64,000 nucleotides of DNA, taken from assembly GCA_964530625.1 (NCBI GenBank), contig CAZHAK010000007.1, positions 21,938 through 85,937 of the forward strand, written 5' to 3'. Of the stretch, positions 30,035 to 38,704 are shown in pieces. The first letter of the stretch is position 1. Each line of letters starts with the position of its first letter. Below the pieces are notes generated by a model, which searched no databases, was not told where the DNA came from, and saw nothing but the letters and a program-made list of their open reading frames with translations. The DNA comes from an uncultured Alphaproteobacteria bacterium (lineage in GTDB: Bacteria > Electryoneota > RPQS01). The translations under genes and the position numbers were made by a program.

Positions 30035-31156
30035 ATGGCGGATTTACCTCGAGTATTGACCATCAAAGTGCCTGCCGACACTCCGGCGGGCGCGTCTATC
30101 TTTCTTGCGAGTGATTTAAACGGTTGGAGTCCGTCGCATCCGCTCGCCCGCGCGTCCCTGCAATCGGATGGGACGCATCGCTTTCTGCTGCCGTCTGGTA
30201 CGGAAAAAGTTGAATTCAAAATTACGCGTGGAACCTGGGATACTGTCGAGTGTTCGGCCAATGGCGAGCCGATGAGTAATCGCAGTTGGCTTGTCGACGC
30301 GGACAACGGTGACTTGACTGTTGAGGTGGGCGGTTGGTGTGACATACATCCTGATGCATTGCATTGGCGGCCCAAACATACCGTCGTCGGCGACCTGCGC
30401 ATCTTGAAAGACATCTTCTCGCCTCAGCTCGGCAACATGCGTGATATTTTCGTATGGCTACCGCCTGAGTATAACGAGTTGACTGGCGAACGCTATCCAG
30501 TTCTCTACATGCATGACGGACAAAACCTTTTTGACAACGTGCTCGCTTTTGGTGATGAGTGGGGAGTGGATGAAGTTTCGACTGAACTTGCGGAAAAGGA
30601 GAATCTTCGTCACATCGTAATTGGAATTCCCAACATGGGACTGTCGCGTCTGCACGAGTATTCGCCGTGGGAAGATGACTTCAGGCGCTCGCGCGGCTGG
30701 GGTGAGCGTTATGTGCGATTCATTCTGCAAACCGTTAAGCCTATGATTGACGGCTACTATCGCACAAAGTCCGAGCGTGAATTCACGGCAGTCGCCGGAT
30801 CATCACTTGGCGGACTGATCTCGCTTTACGCGGGACTGACACGTCCTGACAGATTTTCCTTTGCCGCATGTCTTAGTCCGACAATGAACGTTGCCGGAGG
30901 AAGAATTTTGAAAACCGCCGCAGGATTTCAGGGTGATGTGCGCTTCTGGATTGACTATGGAGCGCGCGAATTCGGTGGAAACCTTGAACTTTCTAACCAA
31001 ATGATCGAGGCGGTGCAAGGCTGCGTGAGAACGCTGAAGTCCAACGGCGTGAACGCAAGATCATTCATTGATCCGGCTGGAGAGCACAACGAAGCCTCGT
31101 GGCGGCGACGCCTGCCCGATATTCTTCGATGGTGGCACGATTCACTTCCCAAGTAA
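30035..31156 (+). CDS. Fes-like esterase: N-terminal Ig/CBM48-like domain plus C-terminal esterase domain
   Basis: The start overlaps the upstream stop by 1 nt. The esterase part has AGSSLGGLISLYAGL (GxSxG) and the upstream YSPWEDDF. The roughly 120-aa N-terminal beta-domain resembles enterochelin-esterase and glycogen-binding N-domains. Confidence 0.6.
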   Translation: MADLPRVLTIKVPADTPAGASIFLASDLNGWSPSHPLARASLQSDGTHRFLLPSGTEKVEFKITRGTWDTVECSANGEPMSNRSWLVDADNGDLTVEVGGWCDIHPDALHWRPKHTVVGDLRILKDIFSPQLGNMRDIFVWLPPEYNELTGERYPVLYMHDGQNLFDNVLAFGDEWGVDEVSTELAEKENLRHIVIGIPNMGLSRLHEYSPWEDDFRRSRGWGERYVRFILQTVKPMIDGYYRTKSEREFTAVAGSSLGGLISLYAGLTRPDRFSFAACLSPTMNVAGGRILKTAAGFQGDVRFWIDYGAREFGGNLELSNQMIEAVQGCVRTLKSNGVNARSFIDPAGEHNEASWRRRLPDILRWWHDSLPK

Positions 31157-31160
31157 ACAG

Positions 31161-31190
31161 AAAGCCCAACTCAAATGAGTCGGGCTTTTT
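31161..31190. terminator. Bidirectional rho-independent terminator between convergent genes
   Basis: aaagcccaactca-aa-tgagtcgggcttttt is a GC stem flanked by an A-run 5' and a T-run 3'. Confidence 0.65.
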
Positions 31191-31212
31191 GCTATCAGCT
31201 ATGTCGTGATGA

Positions 31213-33123
31213 CTATTCCTTTACCTCAGGCTTTTGAATGCCCTTCAGATGTTTGTCGAAGAACTCGACCTGTTTGGTGTATTCTGCGATGACGTTCTCG
31301 CGCTTGCTCGCGCCATGACCTTCATCCGGGAAGATCAGCGAATCCACCGGCGTACCGATCTTATTCAACTCAGCGATAATCTGCCGGGCTTCATAGACCG
31401 GAACACGCGGATCGTTTTCACCGTGAATCACGAGTAGCGGAGTCTTGATTAAATGTGCCTTGTGAATTGGCGACACTTCATCAAGAAACGCGGGATCAGA
31501 CAAGGGACCATACTCTGATTCGCGCAATGCGCGACGATAATCAGCCGTTTTCTCCAAAAAAGTCTTGAAATTCACGATGCCCACGACATTCACGGCGGCG
31601 CTGAACAAATCAGGATACTCCGTGATCATGCCCATAGTGACATAGCCGCCGTAGCTGCCGCCGCGAATGCCGATCATGCCTTGCTTCGTATAGCCTTGCG
31701 CGATCACATAATCCGTCGCAGCTTTGTAATCTTTGAGCGAATTTTTGCGCAGCTTGTAGTTGTCCAGTGCCATAAAGTCACGACCGTAGCCCGATGATCC
31801 GCGAGGATTCAAGCAGAACACGCCGTAGCCGTTCAACATCATGTACTGAATGTTGCGAATGAACCCGGGACGGAATTGCGACTCAGGTCCGCCGTGTGCT
31901 TCAACCAAAAATGGAATCTGCTCGCCTTCTTTGTAAGCAGCGGGTAAGTAAAGATAACCTGAAATTTCAAGCCCATCAAAACTCGGGAAGCGAACCAGGA
32001 CCGGATCACGAAACAGCGCTTTATCAATACCGGCGTAAATGGATTGTGTCAGCTGCGTGAGTTTTTCAGTTTCCGGATTCCAACGGTAGACCTCTGGCGC
32101 CGTTGTCGGGCTCGAGAATGAAATGATGATTTCGCCGTCTTGCGTGAAGCCTGCGACGCGCATCTGTCCGTCGAGTTTTGGAAGTTTCACGGCCTTTCCG
32201 GTTTCAACTTCGCGCACTTTTGCTCGGCCCCATCCGTCTTCATTGGTCGATGCCGCCATATACTTGAAGTCGCGGGAGAAGCCCACACCTTCACATTCCC
32301 ACTTGGTATCCAGCCAGCCGTCGTCGACATAAGTCAGTTTCGGCGAACCGAGCTTCATTGTGGCTAGCCGCGACATCCCGTCCTTGTTGTCGTTGCAATC
32401 CAACCAAATCGTTTGATTGTCCGGCATCATCGTCACAGAACCATAAATCACTTCGCTCTTGTCTTTCGTGATGGTCTTCCATTTGCCCGTCGTCAAGTTC
32501 AGATGATGAAGGTCATTATTGACATTGGACGTCCATGTGGCAATAATCATGTGATTGCCGTCCTTGGATAGGTCGGCTATCACATTTGCACCGGGTATGC
32601 CGTCAAAAATCTTCTTCGTCTTACCCGAAGTAACGTTCATTTCATAAATGAAAAAGTCGGTGCCGTTCTCTTCGTTCGAGCGATAGTATATTTTCGAGTC
32701 ATCGCGCGACCAAACAACCGAACCAAAACGGATGCCCGGCTTATCTGTTAATTTGAGAATACGGCCCGTTTTCGTGTCCATCAAATAGAGCTGCGAGTTT
32801 TCGTCGCCGCCAACGGCCGCTTCGACGATGGCAACGTGGCCGTTGCGGGATAGAGTAAAACCGCTAAATCCGTCTTGAAACGTCGTCAACTGATATGGCC
32901 AACCGCTCTCGGTAATGCGATACAACTGCGGTTCACCTGACGCTGAGGACGACACATAAACATCCTTCCCGTCCCAGCTGTTGCCCGCTGGACTCCAATT
33001 ACCAATTTGCAAAAACGTCCCGATATCCGGAATATACTGACCTTCCGAGAGTAGCGTCGCGGGCGGATTTGCATGCGCAAGAGAAAAACCGAGCAGCGCG
33101 AGGATGACAAGATACTTATTCAT
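31213..33123 (-). CDS. S9 family serine peptidase (prolyl oligopeptidase / acylaminoacyl-peptidase type) with an N-terminal beta-propeller
   Basis: Signal peptide MNKYLVILALLGFSLAHA. Nucleophile motif GIRGGSYGGYV (GxSxGG). HGENDPRVP and DEGHG complete the triad. Confidence 0.8.
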   Translation of the reverse strand: MNKYLVILALLGFSLAHANPPATLLSEGQYIPDIGTFLQIGNWSPAGNSWDGKDVYVSSSASGEPQLYRITESGWPYQLTTFQDGFSGFTLSRNGHVAIVEAAVGGDENSQLYLMDTKTGRILKLTDKPGIRFGSVVWSRDDSKIYYRSNEENGTDFFIYEMNVTSGKTKKIFDGIPGANVIADLSKDGNHMIIATWTSNVNNDLHHLNLTTGKWKTITKDKSEVIYGSVTMMPDNQTIWLDCNDNKDGMSRLATMKLGSPKLTYVDDGWLDTKWECEGVGFSRDFKYMAASTNEDGWGRAKVREVETGKAVKLPKLDGQMRVAGFTQDGEIIISFSSPTTAPEVYRWNPETEKLTQLTQSIYAGIDKALFRDPVLVRFPSFDGLEISGYLYLPAAYKEGEQIPFLVEAHGGPESQFRPGFIRNIQYMMLNGYGVFCLNPRGSSGYGRDFMALDNYKLRKNSLKDYKAATDYVIAQGYTKQGMIGIRGGSYGGYVTMGMITEYPDLFSAAVNVVGIVNFKTFLEKTADYRRALRESEYGPLSDPAFLDEVSPIHKAHLIKTPLLVIHGENDPRVPVYEARQIIAELNKIGTPVDSLIFPDEGHGASKRENVIAEYTKQVEFFDKHLKGIQKPEVKE

Positions 33124-33143
33124 ATTAGGGTCCTTGAACTATG

Positions 33144-34919
33144 CTATTTCCTGGGAAACTGTTCTGATTTATAGCTCGCAAACAGATGTTTGCACTTGTT
33201 GCGCTGATATTTTCCGGTTGACGTCACAGGAAATTCGCTGCCAAACACCACAACCTTGGGGCACTTGGACATCGGCAATTCCTGCTTACAGAATTCGAGA
33301 ATCTGAGCCTCCGTCACGTCGGTGCCGGGTTTCAGGCAAACATAAGCTCCCACTTCTTCGCCGTACCAATCGTTTTCGAAACCAACAGCCATTGCTTTGT
33401 CTATTCCCGGTATCCGCGCAAGAACCTCGTCAATTTCAAACGGAGAGATATTCACTCCGCCCCGAATGATAAGCTCTTTGAGCCGTCCGGTGATGAAAAG
33501 GAACTTTCGGCCCTTGTCGTCGAGCTTAAAAAATCCTTCATCACCGGATCGAAACCAACCGAACTCAAATGTCCTCTCATTGATTTCCGGATTCGCGAAA
33601 TAATGTTTCATCACATTAAGGCCGCGTATCACGATTTCGCCCTTCGTATCCTGCGGAAGCGACTTCCCGTGTTCGTCGTGAATCTCCATTTCGTTTTGCG
33701 GAATCGGCACTCCGATGGACGGAAATCCGAAATCGCGGATCCATGACTTGTGCTCGGTCGCAGTCAACTCGATAGGGAGGAAGCATGAATAGCAGGTTGT
33801 CTCCGACAATCCGTAACCATGCACGATCCGCAAACCAAAACGATCCTCAAAAGCCGACGCGAGCTCCACTGTCAATGGCCCCGCCCCGCAGATAATATGA
33901 CGGAATTTGGGTAACGAGAGTTGCTTACCCTCCAAACTCTTCTCGTGCAGCAGAAATTGAAGGAGGGTCGGCACGACGCTGACCACGTTTATTTCTTCCT
34001 GTTTCATTCGGTCGAAGAACTGCGAGCTGGAAAACTTCTGATTCAAAACCACCGTGCCGCCGAAAAACATGGGTGTCATCAGCGTCACCACCGTCCCGTT
34101 CACATGATGAATCGGCAGGACGCACATCATTCTCTGTCCCGCCGTAAGCTGATGCCACTCCGCAATTCCCTGCGCGTCCGTTAACAAATTCTGCTGCACC
34201 AGCACAACGCCTTTGGGATTTCCGGTCGTGCCGGACGTATAGACTATCAGTACTTCGTCCTCGAGTGTGATGTCCAAACTTTCAACCTTTTCGCTGCTGT
34301 GCTTGGAAAGTTCCGTGACAAAGTGCGGATATTTGTCCGACGCCACACCTCCTGTCTGTACGATCGTTTTGAGCAGTGGCAGCTTCTCTTTCAAGTGAGC
34401 GATGCGCCCTAAATATGGCTCGCGCACGAAGGCAAGTTTCGTCTCCGAGTTTGCGAGAATGAATTCCACCCGCTCATCGCTCTCCCCAAGATTTATCGGC
34501 ACGACGACCGCGCCAAGCGCCCACGCGGCAAAGTAGTGCACCACGGTCTCCGCGTGATTGTGCGACACCGTGGCAATCCGATCCCCGCGTGAAACACCAA
34601 AGCTTTTGAGCAACCGCACGGTCTGCCAAACCAATCCTATGAATTCACGATAAGACCACTCGCTCCGTTCGCCTCCGTCAGTGTAAAAAATCAGAAATGG
34701 CTGATCGGGTCTGGCTGAAAATTGCTGCCTGAGCAACTGTCCGACATTCGAAAACGGAAGGGGGGAGAGAGCATGCGCTCCCTCCCCCAATCTCCGCGCA
34801 TGTGCTATCTTCTCAGCTAAAGAGCGCAACGCTCCTCCTGCTAAATTGCCTGTGTTACTTGCCGAGCTCGTAGATGAAGTCAAATTGCGCTGTCGTTTGA
34901 TCCGGGTCGCCAATGTCAA
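33144..34919 (-). CDS. AMP-dependent synthetase/ligase (acyl-CoA synthetase family)
   Basis: The AMP-binding motif is YTSGTTGNPKGVVL, with GYGLSET and a C-terminal lid. The annotated N-terminus overlaps the upstream gene by 65 nt, so the true start is probably an internal non-ATG codon. Confidence 0.75.
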   Translation of the reverse strand: MTLATRIKRQRNLTSSTSSASNTGNLAGGALRSLAEKIAHARRLGEGAHALSPLPFSNVGQLLRQQFSARPDQPFLIFYTDGGERSEWSYREFIGLVWQTVRLLKSFGVSRGDRIATVSHNHAETVVHYFAAWALGAVVVPINLGESDERVEFILANSETKLAFVREPYLGRIAHLKEKLPLLKTIVQTGGVASDKYPHFVTELSKHSSEKVESLDITLEDEVLIVYTSGTTGNPKGVVLVQQNLLTDAQGIAEWHQLTAGQRMMCVLPIHHVNGTVVTLMTPMFFGGTVVLNQKFSSSQFFDRMKQEEINVVSVVPTLLQFLLHEKSLEGKQLSLPKFRHIICGAGPLTVELASAFEDRFGLRIVHGYGLSETTCYSCFLPIELTATEHKSWIRDFGFPSIGVPIPQNEMEIHDEHGKSLPQDTKGEIVIRGLNVMKHYFANPEINERTFEFGWFRSGDEGFFKLDDKGRKFLFITGRLKELIIRGGVNISPFEIDEVLARIPGIDKAMAVGFENDWYGEEVGAYVCLKPGTDVTEAQILEFCKQELPMSKCPKVVVFGSEFPVTSTGKYQRNKCKHLFASYKSEQFPRK

Positions 34920-35400
34920 ACTGAAGCTCCGCTTGACCGTGCCAGTTCCCTGTAATCGGGAACTGTAGGCCGCCCAGTATGATAAGTGTCAAGTCAGTCT
35001 CTGAGTCGTCAAACTTCGAACCGTTCGGGCCATTCCAATCGAAACTATACAGATTAAGTCCCAACCCTGCACCGGGATAGACGAATAAATTCTTGTCCAA
35101 TTCAAAGTGATAGGCCACGGTATTACGAATCGCAATGTTCGTATAGTTCCACTCGTAACTCCCGGCGTATCCATTGATGTCCTCGCCCGTGCTCCAATAT
35201 GTGATTGCAATTTCCCATGGTAAATTGTCCGTCCATGTTCCCATATCGGCCACAACGCCCAACGTAAAAGTGCCGTCGCCAAGTTCAGGATCCACGAACC
35301 CTACGCGTCCGCCTATTCCTTTCAATCCGATATTCGTGGCCGCAAAGGCAGCATGCCCCATAACCATTGCCAATACCAACAAGAGTGCATTCCTCTTCAT
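34855..35400 (-). CDS. Small outer-membrane beta-barrel protein (OmpW/OmpA-barrel-like)
   Basis: Signal peptide MKRNALLLVLAMVMGHAAFA. A 181-aa protein with alternating hydrophobic beta-strand pattern and an aromatic-rich C-terminus. Confidence 0.5.
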   Translation of the reverse strand: MKRNALLLVLAMVMGHAAFAATNIGLKGIGGRVGFVDPELGDGTFTLGVVADMGTWTDNLPWEIAITYWSTGEDINGYAGSYEWNYTNIAIRNTVAYHFELDKNLFVYPGAGLGLNLYSFDWNGPNGSKFDDSETDLTLIILGGLQFPITGNWHGQAELQFDIGDPDQTTAQFDFIYELGK

Positions 35401-35473
35401 AGATTTTCTCCAGTTCTGCTTTGTTTGTCCAAGCTAAACAATAGCCATTTTTCAGCTAAGATTCAACAAAATA

Positions 35474-36856
35474 CTATCTTTCCAACATAGCCAAAGCCTC
35501 GATTTCCGGGGTCTGGGGAAAAAAGTCAACCGGCTGAATCTGGACAGCCTGAAATCCATCGGTAGCCAAAATCTTCAAGTCGCGGCTTAGCCGGGCCGGA
35601 TTGCAGGACAGATACGCGATTCTCTTGATTCGGGAATCGCCTAGCAGCTTGAGTACGCTCGGATGACAACCACTGCGGGGCGGATCCAAAATCACGAGGT
35701 CATCCGGACTGAACGTCTCCGAAAGGCGGGGCAACAGTCGCGCGACTTCGCCCTGATGAAACTCCGCTTCTACTGAAGGGTTCATCGCCGCAAGATGTTC
35801 AAACGTCTTTTTGGACAGGGCGTTCTGCTCCACAACCTCAACCCTTGCTCCGTCAACTGCCGCCGCAAACCCCAGTGCGCCATATCCGCCGTAGAGATCC
35901 CAAACCGTTCGAGCGGAGAGTCGTTCCCGTTGTTCCTGCAAGTGTTCCAAGACGAGGTGCGTCGCACCTTCGTTAACCTGAGCGAAACCGGCAGGGTGGA
36001 CACTCAAATCCTTTCCCAGCCAAGTGGTCAACATGGAGCGACTCTCCTCTTCTCTCCAAAACCTGCCTCGCTCTCCCACAACTCCGGCTAGATTGGCCGT
36101 ACCTATCCAGACACCGCCCGGAACTTCGAAAATTCTCGCAAACTTTAAGAAATTCTGTACATCCGTCTCGTCCGGCGAGCCTTTAAAAATCGCTATCAGA
36201 CCCGCACCCCAGTCCGTTTCATAAAACGAAATCCGGTCTGGAAAGCTCGACTTAGGTAACTCTCGTGCATCCCTCAGCGCCCAACCCACGTTTCCCAGCG
36301 CCTGCCCGACTGTTTTGGTTCCCAGCAGGCAATTCCGTATCTCGGCAAATCCTGCCCCTCGCGCGCCCACGGCATACCCAAGGTCCGCGCCGCCGCGCTC
36401 CCGACCTCGAAGCTGCAAAGTCAACCGATTTCGGTAGCCCCACTTGCTCGGACTCGGCCACATCTCAGCCACTACCGCAGGCGAAACCACTCCCCGCAGG
36501 ACACGCCTGACAAGCTCCGTCTTCTCGCTTAGTTGTTTCTCGTAGCTGATGATCCCCCATTCTGAAGCCGGACATTCCTTGGCGTGACGGCACGGATGTT
36601 CGCACCGATCCGTTGACTTGCGCAGGACTTTTACCTGTTCAGCAATAGGTGGCTTTGCGGTGTCATTGGCCGAGAACGCCACACGGTCGCCCGGCACGAC
36701 CCGCTCGGCGAAGTAAATCTTCTCCCGGCTATGGACAATTCCTCGCCCGTCGCTCGACAGAGCGCTTACTTCCCCGACCTGGCGGCCGGCAGACTTCGAG
36801 CTTTGATGGAGCGATTCTTGCCCTTTATCTTCAAAATTGGGTTTGTCAGGCCGCAT
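35474..36856 (-). CDS. rlmD: 23S rRNA (uracil-C5)-methyltransferase, RlmD/RumA family (TRAM domain plus class I SAM methyltransferase)
   Basis: An N-terminal TRAM-like region with Cys cluster (CEHPCRHAKECP). SAM-binding and catalytic motifs VLDLYGGYGALG and ILDPPRSG. Confidence 0.75.
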   Translation of the reverse strand: MRPDKPNFEDKGQESLHQSSKSAGRQVGEVSALSSDGRGIVHSREKIYFAERVVPGDRVAFSANDTAKPPIAEQVKVLRKSTDRCEHPCRHAKECPASEWGIISYEKQLSEKTELVRRVLRGVVSPAVVAEMWPSPSKWGYRNRLTLQLRGRERGGADLGYAVGARGAGFAEIRNCLLGTKTVGQALGNVGWALRDARELPKSSFPDRISFYETDWGAGLIAIFKGSPDETDVQNFLKFARIFEVPGGVWIGTANLAGVVGERGRFWREEESRSMLTTWLGKDLSVHPAGFAQVNEGATHLVLEHLQEQRERLSARTVWDLYGGYGALGFAAAVDGARVEVVEQNALSKKTFEHLAAMNPSVEAEFHQGEVARLLPRLSETFSPDDLVILDPPRSGCHPSVLKLLGDSRIKRIAYLSCNPARLSRDLKILATDGFQAVQIQPVDFFPQTPEIEALAMLER

Positions 36857-36905
36857 GGCCGAGACTCCTTCCTACGGATATCTACATGAAAACACCCGAT
36901 AAGTT

Positions 36906-37646
36906 ATGAAGATTTTGGGAATTATAGTAGCCCGCCGGGGATCTGAGCGATTACCGGGCAAAGTCCTCCGGGATTTGGCCGGAGAACCAATGTTGCTGAA
37001 AGTTCTGTCCCGGGCGTCCCGATCTACCTGTTTGCATGATTTATTCGTAGCCTTGCCGGACAATCGCACCGATGATTCGATTGAATCGCTGTGTTTATCC
37101 AGCGGCTATTTTTGCTTCAGAGGTTCAGAGCAGGACATCCTTGACCGCGTCTATCGCACGGCCATCGCCTACGGAGCGGATATCGTAGTACCGCTGCGCG
37201 CAAGCTGTCCTCTGATTGACGGCCAGCTCATTGACCAAGTCGTCGAAAAACTGCTTGAGTCGAAGTCCGCCGATTGGTGTACGAATCGATTGCCGGCACA
37301 CACGTTCCCGCAAGGCCTCGAAGTGGATGCCATCAAAATTGACGCGTTGCGCAAAGCCTGGCACGAAGACACGCATCCCGGTTCACGCCAGCATCTTGAA
37401 GCCTTTCTAATTCGCAGAATTGATCTCTTTAACTCCGTGAGCGTCTCACACACAACCGATCTGTCACACATGTCGTGGCAAGTGTCAGAACTGCCTGATC
37501 TGGATCGCGTCCGCACTATCTTTGAAAAACTCGGCGACGGTCCATTTAGTTGGCAGGACGCGCTGTCCGTCTGGCTATCACTGCCCCAGGACCTCATTCC
37601 GGCTGACTCTACCCCGGGACATATCTGGCACCCAAGCGAAGCATAA
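36906..37646 (+). CDS. Cytidylyltransferase domain protein (SpsF/NeuA/KdsB-like CMP-sugar synthetase)
   Basis: MKILGIIVARRGSERLPGKVLRDLAGEPML is the classic N-terminal motif of acylneuraminate and SpsF-type cytidylyltransferases. Confidence 0.65.
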   Translation: MKILGIIVARRGSERLPGKVLRDLAGEPMLLKVLSRASRSTCLHDLFVALPDNRTDDSIESLCLSSGYFCFRGSEQDILDRVYRTAIAYGADIVVPLRASCPLIDGQLIDQVVEKLLESKSADWCTNRLPAHTFPQGLEVDAIKIDALRKAWHEDTHPGSRQHLEAFLIRRIDLFNSVSVSHTTDLSHMSWQVSELPDLDRVRTIFEKLGDGPFSWQDALSVWLSLPQDLIPADSTPGHIWHPSEA

Positions 37647-37653
37647 AAAAAGC

Positions 37654-38640
37654 ATGATTACATTCAAATCACAAGAATCGACGCGACACATTCTCAACCC
37701 GCGCGTTGAGTCAAAGCCTGTGTTCGCACCAAAAATCTTCGTAGCTGGAGCAGAGAACACACTCGCAAATGTTTTGACCTATGGTCTCTATGAACAGGGC
37801 GCGCAGATTTCCGCACAGACTGTCAATCACGACTCCGCCATCGCGCTCAAGCGGAATTTCCCGATTCTTCACTGCTCACTAACGGACGAGCGATTCACTC
37901 ATGCGCTTGCGACGTTTTCTCCTGACGTGATCCTGCATGCGCCTGCCGAACCAACGCGCGAGTCCTCCAGCCACTGGCCCTGGGCAGTATTCAACCGCAT
38001 CGTCGAAAGAACACTCGCCGTCTGCGAAGCCGCACGCCGGCACTCACCCACATCACACGTTGTGTTTCTGTCCTCCGCCGAAGTCTATGGAGAATGTGAC
38101 TCGCCAGCAAAAGAAGACCGTGCACCTGCGCCAGTTACCGTGCAGGGCCGTTACACGCACATCGCGGAGCAGGTTCTGCGGGACTTCCACGAAACGCATG
38201 GTTTGAAAACGACTATTTTGCGCGTCTCGTCTGCTTACGGCCCGTCGCTCCGCAACAACCCGGTGAATGATTTGCTCTTCAATCTGATCGGCCCGCAAGG
38301 AACAAATGGCAAAGCTGACCTGAACATGAACGCCACCTGCGATTTGATTCATGGCGCCGACGTCGTGCAAGCGGTCAGGCTCATTCTCGAAAAGAGCACC
38401 GAAGGAACTTTCAATGTTGGATCGGGGACTTGCCTTTCACTTGCTGATTTGAACACACATTTGTGCGCGATTCTTGAGCTGAGTCCCGAACCGGCATACG
38501 CTAAACCTACCGTCACAAACACTCTCGCCCAACGCGTTGACATCAGCAAACTCAAGGCGCTCGGATTTGTATCGCAAGTCCCGCTGCTCGAAGGCTTGCG
38601 TGGTTATGCCGCTTGGTGGTCGGGCGCAAAAGCCGCCTGA
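37654..38640 (+). CDS. NAD-dependent epimerase/dehydratase family protein, atypical (degenerate Gly-rich loop and no YxxxK lysine)
   Basis: The start is ATG 37654 (MITFKS), 8 nt after the upstream stop. VFLSSAEVYG is the SDR epimerase signature. However, the N-terminal FVAGAENTLANVL replaces GxxGxxG, and RYTHIAEQ has Tyr but no Lys at +4. Confidence 0.55.
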   Translation: MITFKSQESTRHILNPRVESKPVFAPKIFVAGAENTLANVLTYGLYEQGAQISAQTVNHDSAIALKRNFPILHCSLTDERFTHALATFSPDVILHAPAEPTRESSSHWPWAVFNRIVERTLAVCEAARRHSPTSHVVFLSSAEVYGECDSPAKEDRAPAPVTVQGRYTHIAEQVLRDFHETHGLKTTILRVSSAYGPSLRNNPVNDLLFNLIGPQGTNGKADLNMNATCDLIHGADVVQAVRLILEKSTEGTFNVGSGTCLSLADLNTHLCAILELSPEPAYAKPTVTNTLAQRVDISKLKALGFVSQVPLLEGLRGYAAWWSGAKAA

Positions 38641-38660
38641 CAGAAAATTCGCTTAACAAA

Positions 38661-38690
38661 ACAGCCCGCGTGTGCGGGCTGTTTTGCGTT
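38661..38690. terminator. Bidirectional rho-independent terminator
   Basis: acagcccgc-gtgt-gcgggctgt followed by tttgcgtt, with an A-rich 5' flank. It sits between convergent genes ending at 38640 and 38705. Confidence 0.7.
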
Positions 38691-38704
38691 GAATATTTAT
38701 CTGC

